From positions 1 to 53,862 of the IMG/VR virus record IMGVR_UViG_3300046425_000186: 53,862 bases of DNA. One strand, given 5' to 3'. The position numbers were made by a program, and so were the translations under genes. Each line of letters starts with the position of its first letter. The first letter of the stretch is position 1. This DNA comes from a virus (lineage: Duplodnaviria; Caudoviricetes). Below the pieces are notes generated by a model. It was not told the DNA's origin. It ran no database searches and saw only the letters and a list, made by a program, of their open reading frames with translations. This document shows, in pieces, positions 19,010-29,517 of the stretch.

Positions 19010-19765
19010 ATGAAAAAAGAAAATAAAAAAAATTGGGAAATAAAAGATAGAAGATATATATTAAAAAATGGAATAGAACCATTAACCTATACAATACCTT
19101 CTAAACATACAAAAAAACACGCTTTATTATATTTTGATCAAGAAAGCGGAAAACAAAGAGAAATTAGATACGCAACTAATCAAGACTCTTGTTTTGTTGA
19201 TGAGCAAAAAGGCGAAGCTACATTAGGACATATTATATTTAAAGATGGCGTTTTAATGGTACCAAAACAAAAACAAAACCTACAAAAACTTCTTTCACTT
19301 TACCACCCTTTAAAAGATAAAAGTTTTTTTGAATTTGATCCTGTTGAAGTTGCTGTTGATGAATTAGATTTATTAAATCTTCAAGTTGATGCTCTTAATG
19401 CAGCTAGAAATATTGATATTGATATGGCAGAAGCCATAATGAGAGTTGAAATAGGATCTAAAGTTACAAAAATGAGTTCTAAAGAACTTAAAAGAGATTT
19501 ATTAATATTCGCTAGATCAAATCCAGGTTTATTTATTGAATTAGTTAACGATGAAAATGTTCAATTAAGAAACTTTGCTGTTAAAGCTGTAGAGGCAAAT
19601 ATAATAGATCTATCTCAAGATCAAAGATATTTTACTTGGGCTTCTAATGGAAAGAAACTAATGAGTGTTCCTTTTGATGAAAATCCTTACTCTGCAATGG
19701 CTGCTTTTTTCAAAACAGACGAAGGAGTAGAAATATTTAAGTCTATAGAGAAAAAACTTAAATAA
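19010..19765 (+). CDS. Hypothetical protein of the head module
   Basis: 251-aa ORF after the capsid gene; no motif recognised. Confidence 0.75.
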   Translation: MKKENKKNWEIKDRRYILKNGIEPLTYTIPSKHTKKHALLYFDQESGKQREIRYATNQDSCFVDEQKGEATLGHIIFKDGVLMVPKQKQNLQKLLSLYHPLKDKSFFEFDPVEVAVDELDLLNLQVDALNAARNIDIDMAEAIMRVEIGSKVTKMSSKELKRDLLIFARSNPGLFIELVNDENVQLRNFAVKAVEANIIDLSQDQRYFTWASNGKKLMSVPFDENPYSAMAAFFKTDEGVEIFKSIEKKLK

Positions 19766-19777
19766 CATGTAATACTA
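19764..19777 (+). promoter_or_regulatory. Motif A copy 3 (AACATGTAATACTA)
   Basis: Matches the consensus; upstream of the ring/tail genes. Confidence 0.6.
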
Positions 19778-19780
19778 ATA

Positions 19781-19814
19781 TATTAGAGTGCCACCAAGCG
19801 TGGCGCTTTAGTAT
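19781..19814 (+). terminator. Stem-loop (terminator or RNA-stabilising hairpin)
   Basis: TATTAGAGTGCCAC-caagc-GTGGCGCTTTAGTA inverted repeat with G-U pairs; no clear U-tract. Confidence 0.55.
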
Positions 19815-19834
19815 ATTATAATAAAAAAATAAAA

Positions 19835-20779
19835 ATGGCGATAAACGTAGATCAAGTTTATAAAACAGTCTTGTTAATCATTAACAAAGAGCAAAGAGGT
19901 TATTTAACACCAAATGAATTTAATAAACTTGCAACCCAAGTTCAATTAGATATAGTTGATGGTTATTTTGATACTATAAATCAACAAATGCGTGTTCCTC
20001 AAAATGACAGTGAATATGGTGATCGCTACAAAACAGTTCAAGAAAAATTAGATAAATTTAAAACTATAGGCTCATGCGGATATACCGCGCCCGTAGGCAC
20101 ATCACCAGGATATTTTACCCCACCAAACTCTTCAGGGGTTTCAACAGGTTCACAAACCTTTGCGACTATACTAAATGCAACATCATATCCTTTAACAACA
20201 ATAACTCAAGCCCAAGTAGAAACAAGCAACGTAGTTGTAACACTAGAACAACCCACGGGTTCACCTGGAGTTGCTTATTCTGATTATACAATAACTGGTG
20301 GAGCTTTACAATTAACAGCGGGTGCATTAGCTGCGGGAAATACTATTAGGATAGTTTTATATCCTATTGATTTTTATAAACTAGGTACAGTTTTATATAA
20401 AGAAGATAAAGCTGTAGAAATGGTTCAAAGAAACGAATTAGCTTTAATGAATTTATCACCAATAACTAAACCTTCAGAATATTTTCCTGTTTTTGTTTAT
20501 GAAAACAACCAAATAATAATATATCCTCAATCAGTAAGTGGTAGCGTTCAAGCAACTTATGTAAGAAAACCAGCTGATGTTGTTTGGAATTTTGACTCTA
20601 CAGCAGGCTACTACGTGTGGGATCCATCTACCTCTGTTGATTTTGAGTTAGATCCAACAGAGCAAACAAGCGTTATATTACAAGTATTAAAATACGCTGG
20701 AGTTGTAATAAAAGATCCTATGATTATACAAGCTGCTTCTGCAGAAATACAAAAAGAAGAACAAAACGAAAGAACTTAA
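19835..20779 (+). CDS. Head-tail adaptor/ring protein
   Basis: N-terminal INKEQRGYLTPNEFN and C-terminal YVRKP..W..DFEL pattern recalled from Bacteroidota podovirus (crAss-related) ring proteins; position fits. Confidence 0.65.
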   Translation: MAINVDQVYKTVLLIINKEQRGYLTPNEFNKLATQVQLDIVDGYFDTINQQMRVPQNDSEYGDRYKTVQEKLDKFKTIGSCGYTAPVGTSPGYFTPPNSSGVSTGSQTFATILNATSYPLTTITQAQVETSNVVVTLEQPTGSPGVAYSDYTITGGALQLTAGALAAGNTIRIVLYPIDFYKLGTVLYKEDKAVEMVQRNELALMNLSPITKPSEYFPVFVYENNQIIIYPQSVSGSVQATYVRKPADVVWNFDSTAGYYVWDPSTSVDFELDPTEQTSVILQVLKYAGVVIKDPMIIQAASAEIQKEEQNERT

Positions 20780-20785
20780 TAGAAT

Positions 20786-22054
20786 ATGGCTATATTACCA
20801 CCAAACAACGGATTAATAAACGAAACAGCTCAACAATATTATCAAGGAGCTCAAGGTTTTAGAGCAAATTCAAGCAATACTACAAGTCAAGAGTTTGTTA
20901 CAACTTTTGACACTGACTTATATTTAGGTAGTTGGGATTCTAGTAATCCAGACTATAGTTTAAATAATTTCAAAGTTTATACAAGTCAAACAGGTTTAGC
21001 TGGGTCTTATACAGAGTGGTTGACAAACATGTCTTTAAGCTCTGACAATAAGACAGTAAAACTAACAACAGCGCCTGGCGCAAACGCGTATGTTGTTGTT
21101 CAGTTAAAAATACTTACAGGAGGAAAGTATGGTCAAACAGAAGCAGAAAAAGCATATGGTGAAGCAACTGAAGATAATTACGGAAGTTATCAGTACATAA
21201 AACTAAATGACATAATAAATAATTTTCAAGTAGGCTATGTTGGTAAAGATAAATTACTTCCAAACGCTAAAAGAAGTGATATTATATTTTTTGCTAAAAG
21301 AGCAATGCAGGAATTTAGTTACGACACATTAAAAAGCATTAAGTCGTCAGAATTAACAATACCACATAATCTAACTTTAGTCATACCTCAAGATTATGTT
21401 AATTATGTTAGGTGTTCTTGGATAGATGATTTAGGTGTAAAACATATTATATATCCAACTAACAATATTACGATTAGTCCATATTACACACAGTTGCAAG
21501 ATTCTTCTGGCATACCAACTCAAGATAATTTTGGAAACGACCTAGAGGGAACTTCAATAACGCAAGAAAGATGGCACAACGCTGACGACAATTTAGTAGA
21601 TGGTGCTGTTAACATGGGAGGTGATTTTACAGCAGATGACTGGTATGGATATGGGTATGGTTGGGGCATAACAGGTGGTTATGGATATGGCCAAAGATAT
21701 GGTTTAGAACCACAAGCAGCACAAGGTAACGGTTGGTTTAACATAAATGAAAGAGAAAATAAACTATCATTTTCCAGTAACCTTGTAGGAAAGTTAATTG
21801 TATTTGAGTATATATCAGACGGTTTAGCTTACGATTTAGACAGTAGAGTTCCTAAGCTTGCTGAAGATGCTATGTATGCTGCTATATTGTATTCTTTAAT
21901 ATCTGGAAGAATAAATCAACCAGAGTACGTCGTACAAAGACTAAGAAAAGATAAGATATCTAAACTAAGAAATGCTAAAATAAGATTATCTAATATTAAG
22001 CTTGGTGAAATAACACAAGTTATGAGAGGTAAGTCTAAATGGATAAAAAATTAA
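20786..22054 (+). CDS. Tail ring/tubular structural protein
   Basis: 422 aa; AKRAMQEFSYD, IPQDYVNYVR and EYISDGL segments; position between adaptor and tail genes. Confidence 0.6.
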   Translation: MAILPPNNGLINETAQQYYQGAQGFRANSSNTTSQEFVTTFDTDLYLGSWDSSNPDYSLNNFKVYTSQTGLAGSYTEWLTNMSLSSDNKTVKLTTAPGANAYVVVQLKILTGGKYGQTEAEKAYGEATEDNYGSYQYIKLNDIINNFQVGYVGKDKLLPNAKRSDIIFFAKRAMQEFSYDTLKSIKSSELTIPHNLTLVIPQDYVNYVRCSWIDDLGVKHIIYPTNNITISPYYTQLQDSSGIPTQDNFGNDLEGTSITQERWHNADDNLVDGAVNMGGDFTADDWYGYGYGWGITGGYGYGQRYGLEPQAAQGNGWFNINERENKLSFSSNLVGKLIVFEYISDGLAYDLDSRVPKLAEDAMYAAILYSLISGRINQPEYVVQRLRKDKISKLRNAKIRLSNIKLGEITQVMRGKSKWIKN

Positions 22055-22057
22055 TAC

Positions 22058-25000
22058 ATGGCAGAAGCTAAAAATAGTTTCATTAAGTCTAAAATGAATA
22101 AAGACTTAGATGAAAGATTAATTCCAAATAACGAATATAGAGATGCTTTAAATGTAGCTGTATCTAGATCAGAAGGTAGTGATGTTGGTGCTTTAGAAGT
22201 TGTTATCGGTAATGGAACTACTGGTAGGTCTTCTGAAACTGGTCATAAAATAATAGGTACTTATGCCGATGAAGCTAATAATAGACTTTATTATTTTAGA
22301 ACGAATTGGAATTCACAAAGTAGACCTAATATAAACTCAGGTGCAATATGTACTATAGGGTTTTTAAACACACTTTCAAATTCAGACACAACTATAGTTA
22401 GTGGTTATTTTCTTAATTTTTCACAAACACATTTAATATATGGTGTAAGTCTTATAGAAAATCAACTTTTTTTTACAGACAATAGAAACCAACCTAGAAA
22501 AATAAATGTAGACACGGCAACAGCTGATCCTAATTATTACTTTAACGAAGATCAAATGTCTGTAGCTAAATTCGCACCTTACACACCTCCACATTTTTTA
22601 AATTTAAGAGCTCAAGCAGAACAAAGATTTGTAGATTTAATAGATCCTTTATATCCATCTACAATGTCAGATGCTGCTGATCCACAGGTTGTTGAAATTG
22701 GTACTTATAAAATATCTCAAAGCAACTTAGCCGTAAAGAAGTACAGAAATGGAGACGAAATAACAGAAGCTAGAACTTTAATAGACTGGCAACAAGCTGA
22801 TACAGATCAAAAAGGAGCTTGGTGTTATTATGCTAATTATAACGGAAACGGTGTTACTTACGGGCTTCTTTATAATAAATGGGCTGTTATAGACGCTAGA
22901 GGTTTAGCGCCAATAGGTCATAGAATACCATCAGTTCAAGACTGGAATAACATAATTTCAGCAGGAGGAACAACAGGTAGTCTTTATAAAAGCCCTTTTC
23001 TGTGGGACGATCAAACAACTGGTTATGTTGCTGGTACTAATTTATTAGGTACAAATATACTACCAGGAGGTATGCGACAAGGAACGAGTACATATCCTGA
23101 TGGTTTTGTTGATTTAACAGCAAGAACAGGTTTTTGGACCAGTGATGCTATTACTGCTGGTAGCGCACCTTATGTTGATTTTCAAGCTAGTAACACTATA
23201 GATACTACATCAACTGCTAACACAATAATAGGTTACTCTGTTAGAGTTTTAAGAAATGATAATTATACAGGTTGGAATGGAGATCCTGATTATTTAACCG
23301 AAAGGTTTGTTAGATTTGCATATAGATTTAAATTTGATGATAACGAATATTCTATAATTTCACCTTTTAGTCAAGATGTTTTTATACCATACCAAGAAGG
23401 TGAATTTGTAAACGAAGATGAAAACGAAGCTTTTATAACAACCATAGTTGAGTTTATGCAAAACTCTATAAACAATGCTGTTTTAAATATAGAATTGCCT
23501 TGTATAGATATAATCAACAATTACAAAATAAAAGCTATAGATATAATATTTAAACAATCTGACACTCAAGCTTATCAAGTTATAGAAACAGTTAGGGTTG
23601 ATTCTAATTTTATAGCAAGTTTAAATAATACTAATATATATCAATACTCTTACGAGTCAACTATACCTATAAAAACTCTTCCAGCGGTGCAGTCTACTAG
23701 GGTTTTTGACAAAGTACCTGTTAAAGCTTTAGCTCAGGAAACAGCTGGAAATAGAATAATATATGGAAACTACTTAGAAGGTTACAGCGCACCTAATGGT
23801 TTAGATTATTATGTAGGTGTTGATCAAAAATCTGCTCAACAGTTTATAGAATATCCTCAACACCATATAAAGCAAAACAGAAATTACCAAGTTGGTATAA
23901 TATTAGCTGATAGATATGGTAGACAAACAGATATAGTGCTTTCTAATTTTGATGGAGTTTTAGATGAAAATGGAGATCCTAGACCTGGCTCTAACTATTT
24001 TAATGACTATAAAGACGTTGGTTTTGCAAATGATTTACCTTTGTGGCATGGTGATAATTTAGTTTTAAATTACTTACAACAAATACCAGAAGGCGACATA
24101 GGTATATCAGGATATCCAGGTGTTTATGCTAAAGGTAATTATTACGAAGTAGATACCGAATCAACGCAACCACCAAGTGCTTTATATCCAACTTTTATAC
24201 CTCTTTCAACTCAATATTTTAAATTTACAACCGCAAACGCTGGTACTACATTTGATAGTTATTTTACATACGCAGACGCTATTGATTCAGACAACACGTT
24301 TAACGTATATATTGACTATAACAATGGTTTTAAGTTAATAGAATCTACTGAATATACAATATCTGATAATTCTAATTATTTAAGAGTTACACTAAACACG
24401 GCTATAACCGCGCCTCAAGTTGTAAAATTAGAAATATTATATACATCTGATAGGAGATATAAGTACAGTACTGGGGCTGCTTCAAGTACAAATAGACCTT
24501 TATTCCCTGATTGGCCAACCACTTATTCTCAATACTATGCGATTGGTAAAAAACTAAATGGCTTATATATAGATTATACAGAAATAACTAGTGTTACACC
24601 TATAAGTGATGCTAATGGCGTTAGAGCTGTAGAGTTTTTTACAAAAGAAGAAGTAAGTTTAGATTATGTTTTTGATAATTCACCGGGTAGTGCAACAACT
24701 GGCCTACCCGCTAAGACGGGTTTAAATGTTTATGCTACGTATGATATTAATCCAAATGGATTTTTTGTTTACAAGACAGCTGTAAAACAACAACAACAAG
24801 ACTATTATAATGTTTTTCTACCTGGTATTATAAATGGTTATCCAATAGATGAAGAAACTTTAGAGCAAAATGAAGTTGCTAATATTGTTTTAATAACAGA
24901 CAATATAAATAAAGTTCCTAGAAACTTAGAAGATGTAGGACCAAATCAAAATCAGTTTACAAGTGATGTTTCTATGTGGCCTAGAGTTACAAATATACCA

Positions 25001-27085
25001 GGTGTTGAATCAACAACTGTTACTTATGAAACATTTAATAAGCAAGTTGATCCTGAATCTGCTGCCGATCAAGTAAATTTAGTCGGAGGTATAAATGATT
25101 TATATCCTGGTTTAAGTGATTCTAGCGGTCAAGGATTTATAAACGAATACGCTATATATAGTTTTGATACAAAACCTGTTTTAGCTAAAATATCAACACA
25201 AAAAGCTGTTGGATTAGGTGAACAATCTTATACCGCACCAGACGATATAAACTTTACAGGTAATTATCCTTATCCACCAAATATGGGGTTAGCTATTTAC
25301 GAAACAGCTCCATATATATCACCATTAGAAATATTTTATGAGTCTTCTACGTCTGATAGAATATCTGATTTAAATCTGTCTATACAAAATACTAGTAACA
25401 ATATAACTGGTTTAAATAATTTTACAGTTTCTTTTCTAGAATCAATGGCTTCTGGAACAGCTATAACTAGTGATATATTTCCAGTTGCAAATGGAGTAAA
25501 CTTAGCAAATACAACACTCGTTAGTTACACTGTTTTTGCTTATGACGCTAATGGTAATTTAGACACAACTATTCCACAAGCTAGTAGGTTTGTTATCGAT
25601 CCGGGTGGTTCAACAGGTAGTTATATAGTTAAAACAAACGATAGATTTTACGCTGGATCTTCTCAGGAACCTAATTATAATGTAGCGACCAGGGGTAAGT
25701 TTCAATTTACCTTAACCTTAGCTCAACTCGATGGTACACAAGTAGATCAGTCTTTTATAGTTCAACTAGAAAATGTTGTTCCTATTGTTCAAAATCCTAT
25801 AGTAGATAGAACTGGATTTGTTCTTACCACAAACACGTCTATAGTGAGTTCTGCTGATTCGCCAAGAGGAAGAAATGGTTCAGCTAGACAATACAATGCA
25901 CCGTACAACGATTCTGATCCTACTGGTAGAGAGTTTTTATCTAGTAGTCTTCAGTCTGGCTGGCAAGTTGTTAACATCACAAAAACAAATGCTACATCAG
26001 GTAATACAGTTGAAGTAACAACTTCAACAACACCTTCTGTAAGCGATTGGGTTTCTACTTATCAGTCTTCAGCAGATTGGCCTACTTTTCAAGAGGGTCA
26101 AGCTGGTGGAAGTGGATCTGACGAGTGGATTGGTTTTAATTTAAATGGTCAATTAGGCTCTAACGGTCAAAATCCAGGTCCTTTAAATGAACCTGGCTAT
26201 TCTTACGAAATAAACATGTCTTTAAAAGACAGTTTACAAGCTTATAATACAACTGTAGATAGCGCTTATGCTGCTAAAATAACATATGGTGTTAGTGTTA
26301 CAACATATTTTGGTCAAGTTATAATAGCTAAATATAGTAATTCAGACACTGGATTTACAAATGTTTTATCAGGAACTACAATTACAGGTACAGCGACAAA
26401 AGATGGTTATTACCAAATGCAGAACTGGACTGATCAAGCTGTGTATGTATACGCTTACTGTTCAATAAGAAACACAAACGGCGCGACAAAACGATCAAGT
26501 TTTCAATATCCATTAAATCCAACTACAGCACCTAGATATGGTAACAATAGCACAAACTTTACTGATAGTCAAGGTAATAGTTTTGGAATAGGCGTGGGTA
26601 ATTCCGTTCCAGCAGCTGTTAGTCTTTTTAGTAACAATTATTATCCCCCACCTCAAAGTTCAACAGGTGACGCCGCTGGACCTTATCAATGGGTAAGAGT
26701 TGGTGACCTACAACCTTTTACAGCTGCTTCAGGAGGAATGTCGCAAGCTAACTTTACAAATGCAATAGGCGGAGGATTGAGACCAGGAATGAGATCTAGT
26801 GGTGGTACTTATGGTTCTTATGACTTTTCAGCTTGCGCTATGGTTAATATAGGTTTTAGAGCAAATTCAAATGGCGCTACAGGTGATTATAATTTAGTGT
26901 GGAACAATACACCAAATTCAAGCATGCCTTCACCACCTTATTACACTGGAAACCAACCACCAACATCTTCTTCTTTAACCTCTGTAACTATCAGCCCTCC
27001 AATGTTTGTTGGTTCTAACGGTCAATTTAGCGGATATCCAACAATAGGCATGTCTGATTCTGCTGGACAATTTATTGGTCCTTAA
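22058..27085 (+). CDS. Large tail (nozzle/muzzle-type) protein, N-terminal part, with an inserted FISUMP domain
   Basis: 1675 aa; N-terminal KMNKDLDERL..YRDALN and LFFTDNRNQPRKIN motifs; FISUMP signature at about 22688-23254; T/S/G/N-rich C-terminus. Confidence 0.7.
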   Translation: MAEAKNSFIKSKMNKDLDERLIPNNEYRDALNVAVSRSEGSDVGALEVVIGNGTTGRSSETGHKIIGTYADEANNRLYYFRTNWNSQSRPNINSGAICTIGFLNTLSNSDTTIVSGYFLNFSQTHLIYGVSLIENQLFFTDNRNQPRKINVDTATADPNYYFNEDQMSVAKFAPYTPPHFLNLRAQAEQRFVDLIDPLYPSTMSDAADPQVVEIGTYKISQSNLAVKKYRNGDEITEARTLIDWQQADTDQKGAWCYYANYNGNGVTYGLLYNKWAVIDARGLAPIGHRIPSVQDWNNIISAGGTTGSLYKSPFLWDDQTTGYVAGTNLLGTNILPGGMRQGTSTYPDGFVDLTARTGFWTSDAITAGSAPYVDFQASNTIDTTSTANTIIGYSVRVLRNDNYTGWNGDPDYLTERFVRFAYRFKFDDNEYSIISPFSQDVFIPYQEGEFVNEDENEAFITTIVEFMQNSINNAVLNIELPCIDIINNYKIKAIDIIFKQSDTQAYQVIETVRVDSNFIASLNNTNIYQYSYESTIPIKTLPAVQSTRVFDKVPVKALAQETAGNRIIYGNYLEGYSAPNGLDYYVGVDQKSAQQFIEYPQHHIKQNRNYQVGIILADRYGRQTDIVLSNFDGVLDENGDPRPGSNYFNDYKDVGFANDLPLWHGDNLVLNYLQQIPEGDIGISGYPGVYAKGNYYEVDTESTQPPSALYPTFIPLSTQYFKFTTANAGTTFDSYFTYADAIDSDNTFNVYIDYNNGFKLIESTEYTISDNSNYLRVTLNTAITAPQVVKLEILYTSDRRYKYSTGAASSTNRPLFPDWPTTYSQYYAIGKKLNGLYIDYTEITSVTPISDANGVRAVEFFTKEEVSLDYVFDNSPGSATTGLPAKTGLNVYATYDINPNGFFVYKTAVKQQQQDYYNVFLPGIINGYPIDEETLEQNEVANIVLITDNINKVPRNLEDVGPNQNQFTSDVSMWPRVTNIPGVESTTVTYETFNKQVDPESAADQVNLVGGINDLYPGLSDSSGQGFINEYAIYSFDTKPVLAKISTQKAVGLGEQSYTAPDDINFTGNYPYPPNMGLAIYETAPYISPLEIFYESSTSDRISDLNLSIQNTSNNITGLNNFTVSFLESMASGTAITSDIFPVANGVNLANTTLVSYTVFAYDANGNLDTTIPQASRFVIDPGGSTGSYIVKTNDRFYAGSSQEPNYNVATRGKFQFTLTLAQLDGTQVDQSFIVQLENVVPIVQNPIVDRTGFVLTTNTSIVSSADSPRGRNGSARQYNAPYNDSDPTGREFLSSSLQSGWQVVNITKTNATSGNTVEVTTSTTPSVSDWVSTYQSSADWPTFQEGQAGGSGSDEWIGFNLNGQLGSNGQNPGPLNEPGYSYEINMSLKDSLQAYNTTVDSAYAAKITYGVSVTTYFGQVIIAKYSNSDTGFTNVLSGTTITGTATKDGYYQMQNWTDQAVYVYAYCSIRNTNGATKRSSFQYPLNPTTAPRYGNNSTNFTDSQGNSFGIGVGNSVPAAVSLFSNNYYPPPQSSTGDAAGPYQWVRVGDLQPFTAASGGMSQANFTNAIGGGLRPGMRSSGGTYGSYDFSACAMVNIGFRANSNGATGDYNLVWNNTPNSSMPSPPYYTGNQPPTSSSLTSVTISPPMFVGSNGQFSGYPTIGMSDSAGQFIGP

Positions 27086-27105
27086 TTTAAGTAATTAATA
27101 AAATA

Positions 27106-27119
27106 AACAAGTAATTATA
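27106..27119 (+). promoter_or_regulatory. Motif A copy 4 (AACAAGTAATTATA)
   Basis: Matches the consensus; lies in the 41-nt gap between two tail genes. Confidence 0.6.
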
Positions 27120-27126
27120 CTATAGT

Positions 27127-28398
27127 ATGGCAGTAAAAACACCAGTAAAATACTACAATACCTTTGTTTTAAAAAAAATAATACAAGGAGATGTTTCACC
27201 TATTTACAACTGGTATATAGAAGAGGCTAGAATTAGAGGTGGTTATAACAATGTTCAAACAGGTTTATCACCTAGAGCTTATTTAAGAGCTGAAGATAAT
27301 TTGCAAGAAGAACTTGGTAATTCTTTAATATATTCAGGTATATTAAACTCTAGAACAGGTGTAAACCAAACCAACCAATTTCCTTCTGGTGAAGAAATAA
27401 CTAGAACTGTTGACCCTCAAAAAGGCACTGTACAGAAATTATATGCTGAAGATACTAATTTAATTATATTTCAAGAAAACAAAGTTAATAGAGCTCTTAT
27501 AGATAAAGACGCTATATATACTCAAGAAGGTCAACCTATACAAACAGCTTCTAACGTTGTTATTGGAGCTATAACACCTTATGCTGGTGAATTTGGTATA
27601 TCTAAAAACCCTGAAAGTTTTGCAGTATATGGATATAGAAAATACTTTACAGACTCTAATCAAGGCGCTGTACTTAGATTGTCACAAGACGGTATAACAG
27701 AGATATCATCGTATGGTATGTATGATTATTTTAGAGATAATTTCGCAACGTTAAGTGGCGGACTTTCTATTGGGGGTTGGGATATACATAATAAGTGCTA
27801 TACACTGTCGTTACAATCAGCAGCATCAGGAACTCCAGTTCAAACACTTAGTTTTGATGAGCAAATTCAAGGTTGGACTAGTAGATATAGTTATAGCCCT
27901 AACAATATAGTTAGTGTGCAAAATAATTTTTACACAACAAATGAAGGAGGTATATATCAACACTATAGAAGCAATCTACCTAGAGCTAATTTTTACGGAA
28001 CACAATATGACGCTAGCGTTAAAACTATATTTAACACTCAACCTTCATTAGTTAAAAACTTTCAGACAATTAACTACGAAGGTGGTAATAATTGGGCTAT
28101 GACTAGCATATCAACAAACTCTGGTGATTCAGCTTTACCTATAGCAGTATATGTTATGCCTACAACAATAACTGAGCTAGATGATCAGTTGTTTAAAAAT
28201 GAATTTAAAAGAAAAGAAGATAAATACTTTGCTAATTTAGTTAATTCAACTGCTTTTTCACAAGGTGAAATTGTTTTTGGTAATTCTATTTCAGGAATAA
28301 AAGGGTATACTGCAGAAGTAACTTTTACGTGCAGTAATGCGCAAGACAAAAGCGAATTGTTCGCTATATCAACAAATTACAAAGAGTCTTCATATTAA
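27127..28398 (+). CDS. Tail (nozzle/muzzle-type) protein, C-terminal-like part
   Basis: 423 aa; LIYSG..NQF, YAGEFGISKNPESF, YFTD..GAVLRLS.DGIT.IS beta-propeller-type segments. Confidence 0.65.
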   Translation: MAVKTPVKYYNTFVLKKIIQGDVSPIYNWYIEEARIRGGYNNVQTGLSPRAYLRAEDNLQEELGNSLIYSGILNSRTGVNQTNQFPSGEEITRTVDPQKGTVQKLYAEDTNLIIFQENKVNRALIDKDAIYTQEGQPIQTASNVVIGAITPYAGEFGISKNPESFAVYGYRKYFTDSNQGAVLRLSQDGITEISSYGMYDYFRDNFATLSGGLSIGGWDIHNKCYTLSLQSAASGTPVQTLSFDEQIQGWTSRYSYSPNNIVSVQNNFYTTNEGGIYQHYRSNLPRANFYGTQYDASVKTIFNTQPSLVKNFQTINYEGGNNWAMTSISTNSGDSALPIAVYVMPTTITELDDQLFKNEFKRKEDKYFANLVNSTAFSQGEIVFGNSISGIKGYTAEVTFTCSNAQDKSELFAISTNYKESSY

Positions 28399-28407
28399 CA
28401 TTATTTA

Positions 28408-28812
28408 ATGATAGAAATAAAAAATATAGATTTAAATTTATATTTTAATAAAATAAACAAATGGTTTAAACACCATAATAAAATAGATTTAAATATAAAA
28501 TTATTACCACAAGAAAAAAAATATTGTTTAGCGGTTTTTGTAGACAATAAAATAGTAGCATGTACTTTTATATATACTACAAACTCTCTTGTTTGGTATT
28601 GCGACTTCTTAATAGCAGATCCTTTTTATAGGAGAAAAGATAGAGAAGAAGTTTTAATAAAATTAATAGATGAAGCAGTAGAGTCTTCGTTAAAAAATGG
28701 AGCAGAAGCTGTTTGGTGTACAACGCCTTATGATTCAGTTCTTGATAAATTAAAAAAATTAAACTATAGTGTTGCAGACAAAAAACACTATATAGTATAT
28801 AAAAACAAATAA
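28408..28812 (+). CDS. GNAT-fold acetyltransferase-like protein
   Basis: 134 aa; beta hairpin LAVFVDNKIVACTFIY, ADPFYRRKD loop, helix, GAEAVW strand, KKLNY ending. Confidence 0.6.
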   Translation: MIEIKNIDLNLYFNKINKWFKHHNKIDLNIKLLPQEKKYCLAVFVDNKIVACTFIYTTNSLVWYCDFLIADPFYRRKDREEVLIKLIDEAVESSLKNGAEAVWCTTPYDSVLDKLKKLNYSVADKKHYIVYKNK

Positions 28813-28815
28813 TAA

Positions 28816-29508
28816 ATGGGAGCAGCAGCAGCAATAGGCGGTATAGTTCAAGGCATCGGAGGTGCTATAGGAGCTAACCAGGCTAAGAAAAGAGCACAAG
28901 GTGCTAGAAATGACGCTATGGCAGAAAAAAGACGTCTAGAAACAGAACTAGAAGCTTTAGAAAATAGCAGACAACCTATAATAAACCCTTATGCTAATGT
29001 AACTGATACTAGTGGTAACATTAGTAATACATATGCTAATTTGGGTGTTGCTACTCAAGCAGCTGAATTTCAGGCAGAGCAAGCGGAAATATCACTAGCC
29101 AACACGTTAGATACCTTAAGGGCAACGGGTGCATCTGCTGGTGGGGCAACCGCTTTAGCTCAAGCCGCCTTGCAAAGTAAAAAACAAATTTCTGCTAGTT
29201 TAGAAATGCAAGAAGCTAAAAATCAACAGTTGTACGCTAAAGGAGAGCAACAGTATCAAACGCTTAAAATGCAAGAAGCTCAAAGGCTTCAAAACGCTGA
29301 AGTTATGGGTAAACAGTTTACTTTCTCAGCACAAGAGACAAGAGAAAATCAACAGTTGAACAGAAAAGCTGGACAATTAGACATTGCTAACGCTCAAGCG
29401 CAACAAGCTCAATCTAGTTATGCAAGAGCTCAAGGTGCTAGAGACGGCGCTGTTATGGGTGGTATAACAAGCGTTATAGGTGGAGTTGGAAGTATAATGT
29501 CAAAATAA
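28816..29508 (+). CDS. Putative internal virion/DNA ejection protein
   Basis: Gly/Ala-rich hydrophobic termini (MGAAAAIGGIVQGIGGAIG) flanking a Q/A-rich coiled coil. Confidence 0.65.
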   Translation: MGAAAAIGGIVQGIGGAIGANQAKKRAQGARNDAMAEKRRLETELEALENSRQPIINPYANVTDTSGNISNTYANLGVATQAAEFQAEQAEISLANTLDTLRATGASAGGATALAQAALQSKKQISASLEMQEAKNQQLYAKGEQQYQTLKMQEAQRLQNAEVMGKQFTFSAQETRENQQLNRKAGQLDIANAQAQQAQSSYARAQGARDGAVMGGITSVIGGVGSIMSK

Positions 29509-29517
29509 AAAAATAAT

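Noticed and set aside
22688-23254. Diversity-generating retroelement target
   Set aside because: No reverse transcriptase gene and no template/variable repeat pair is visible in the window.
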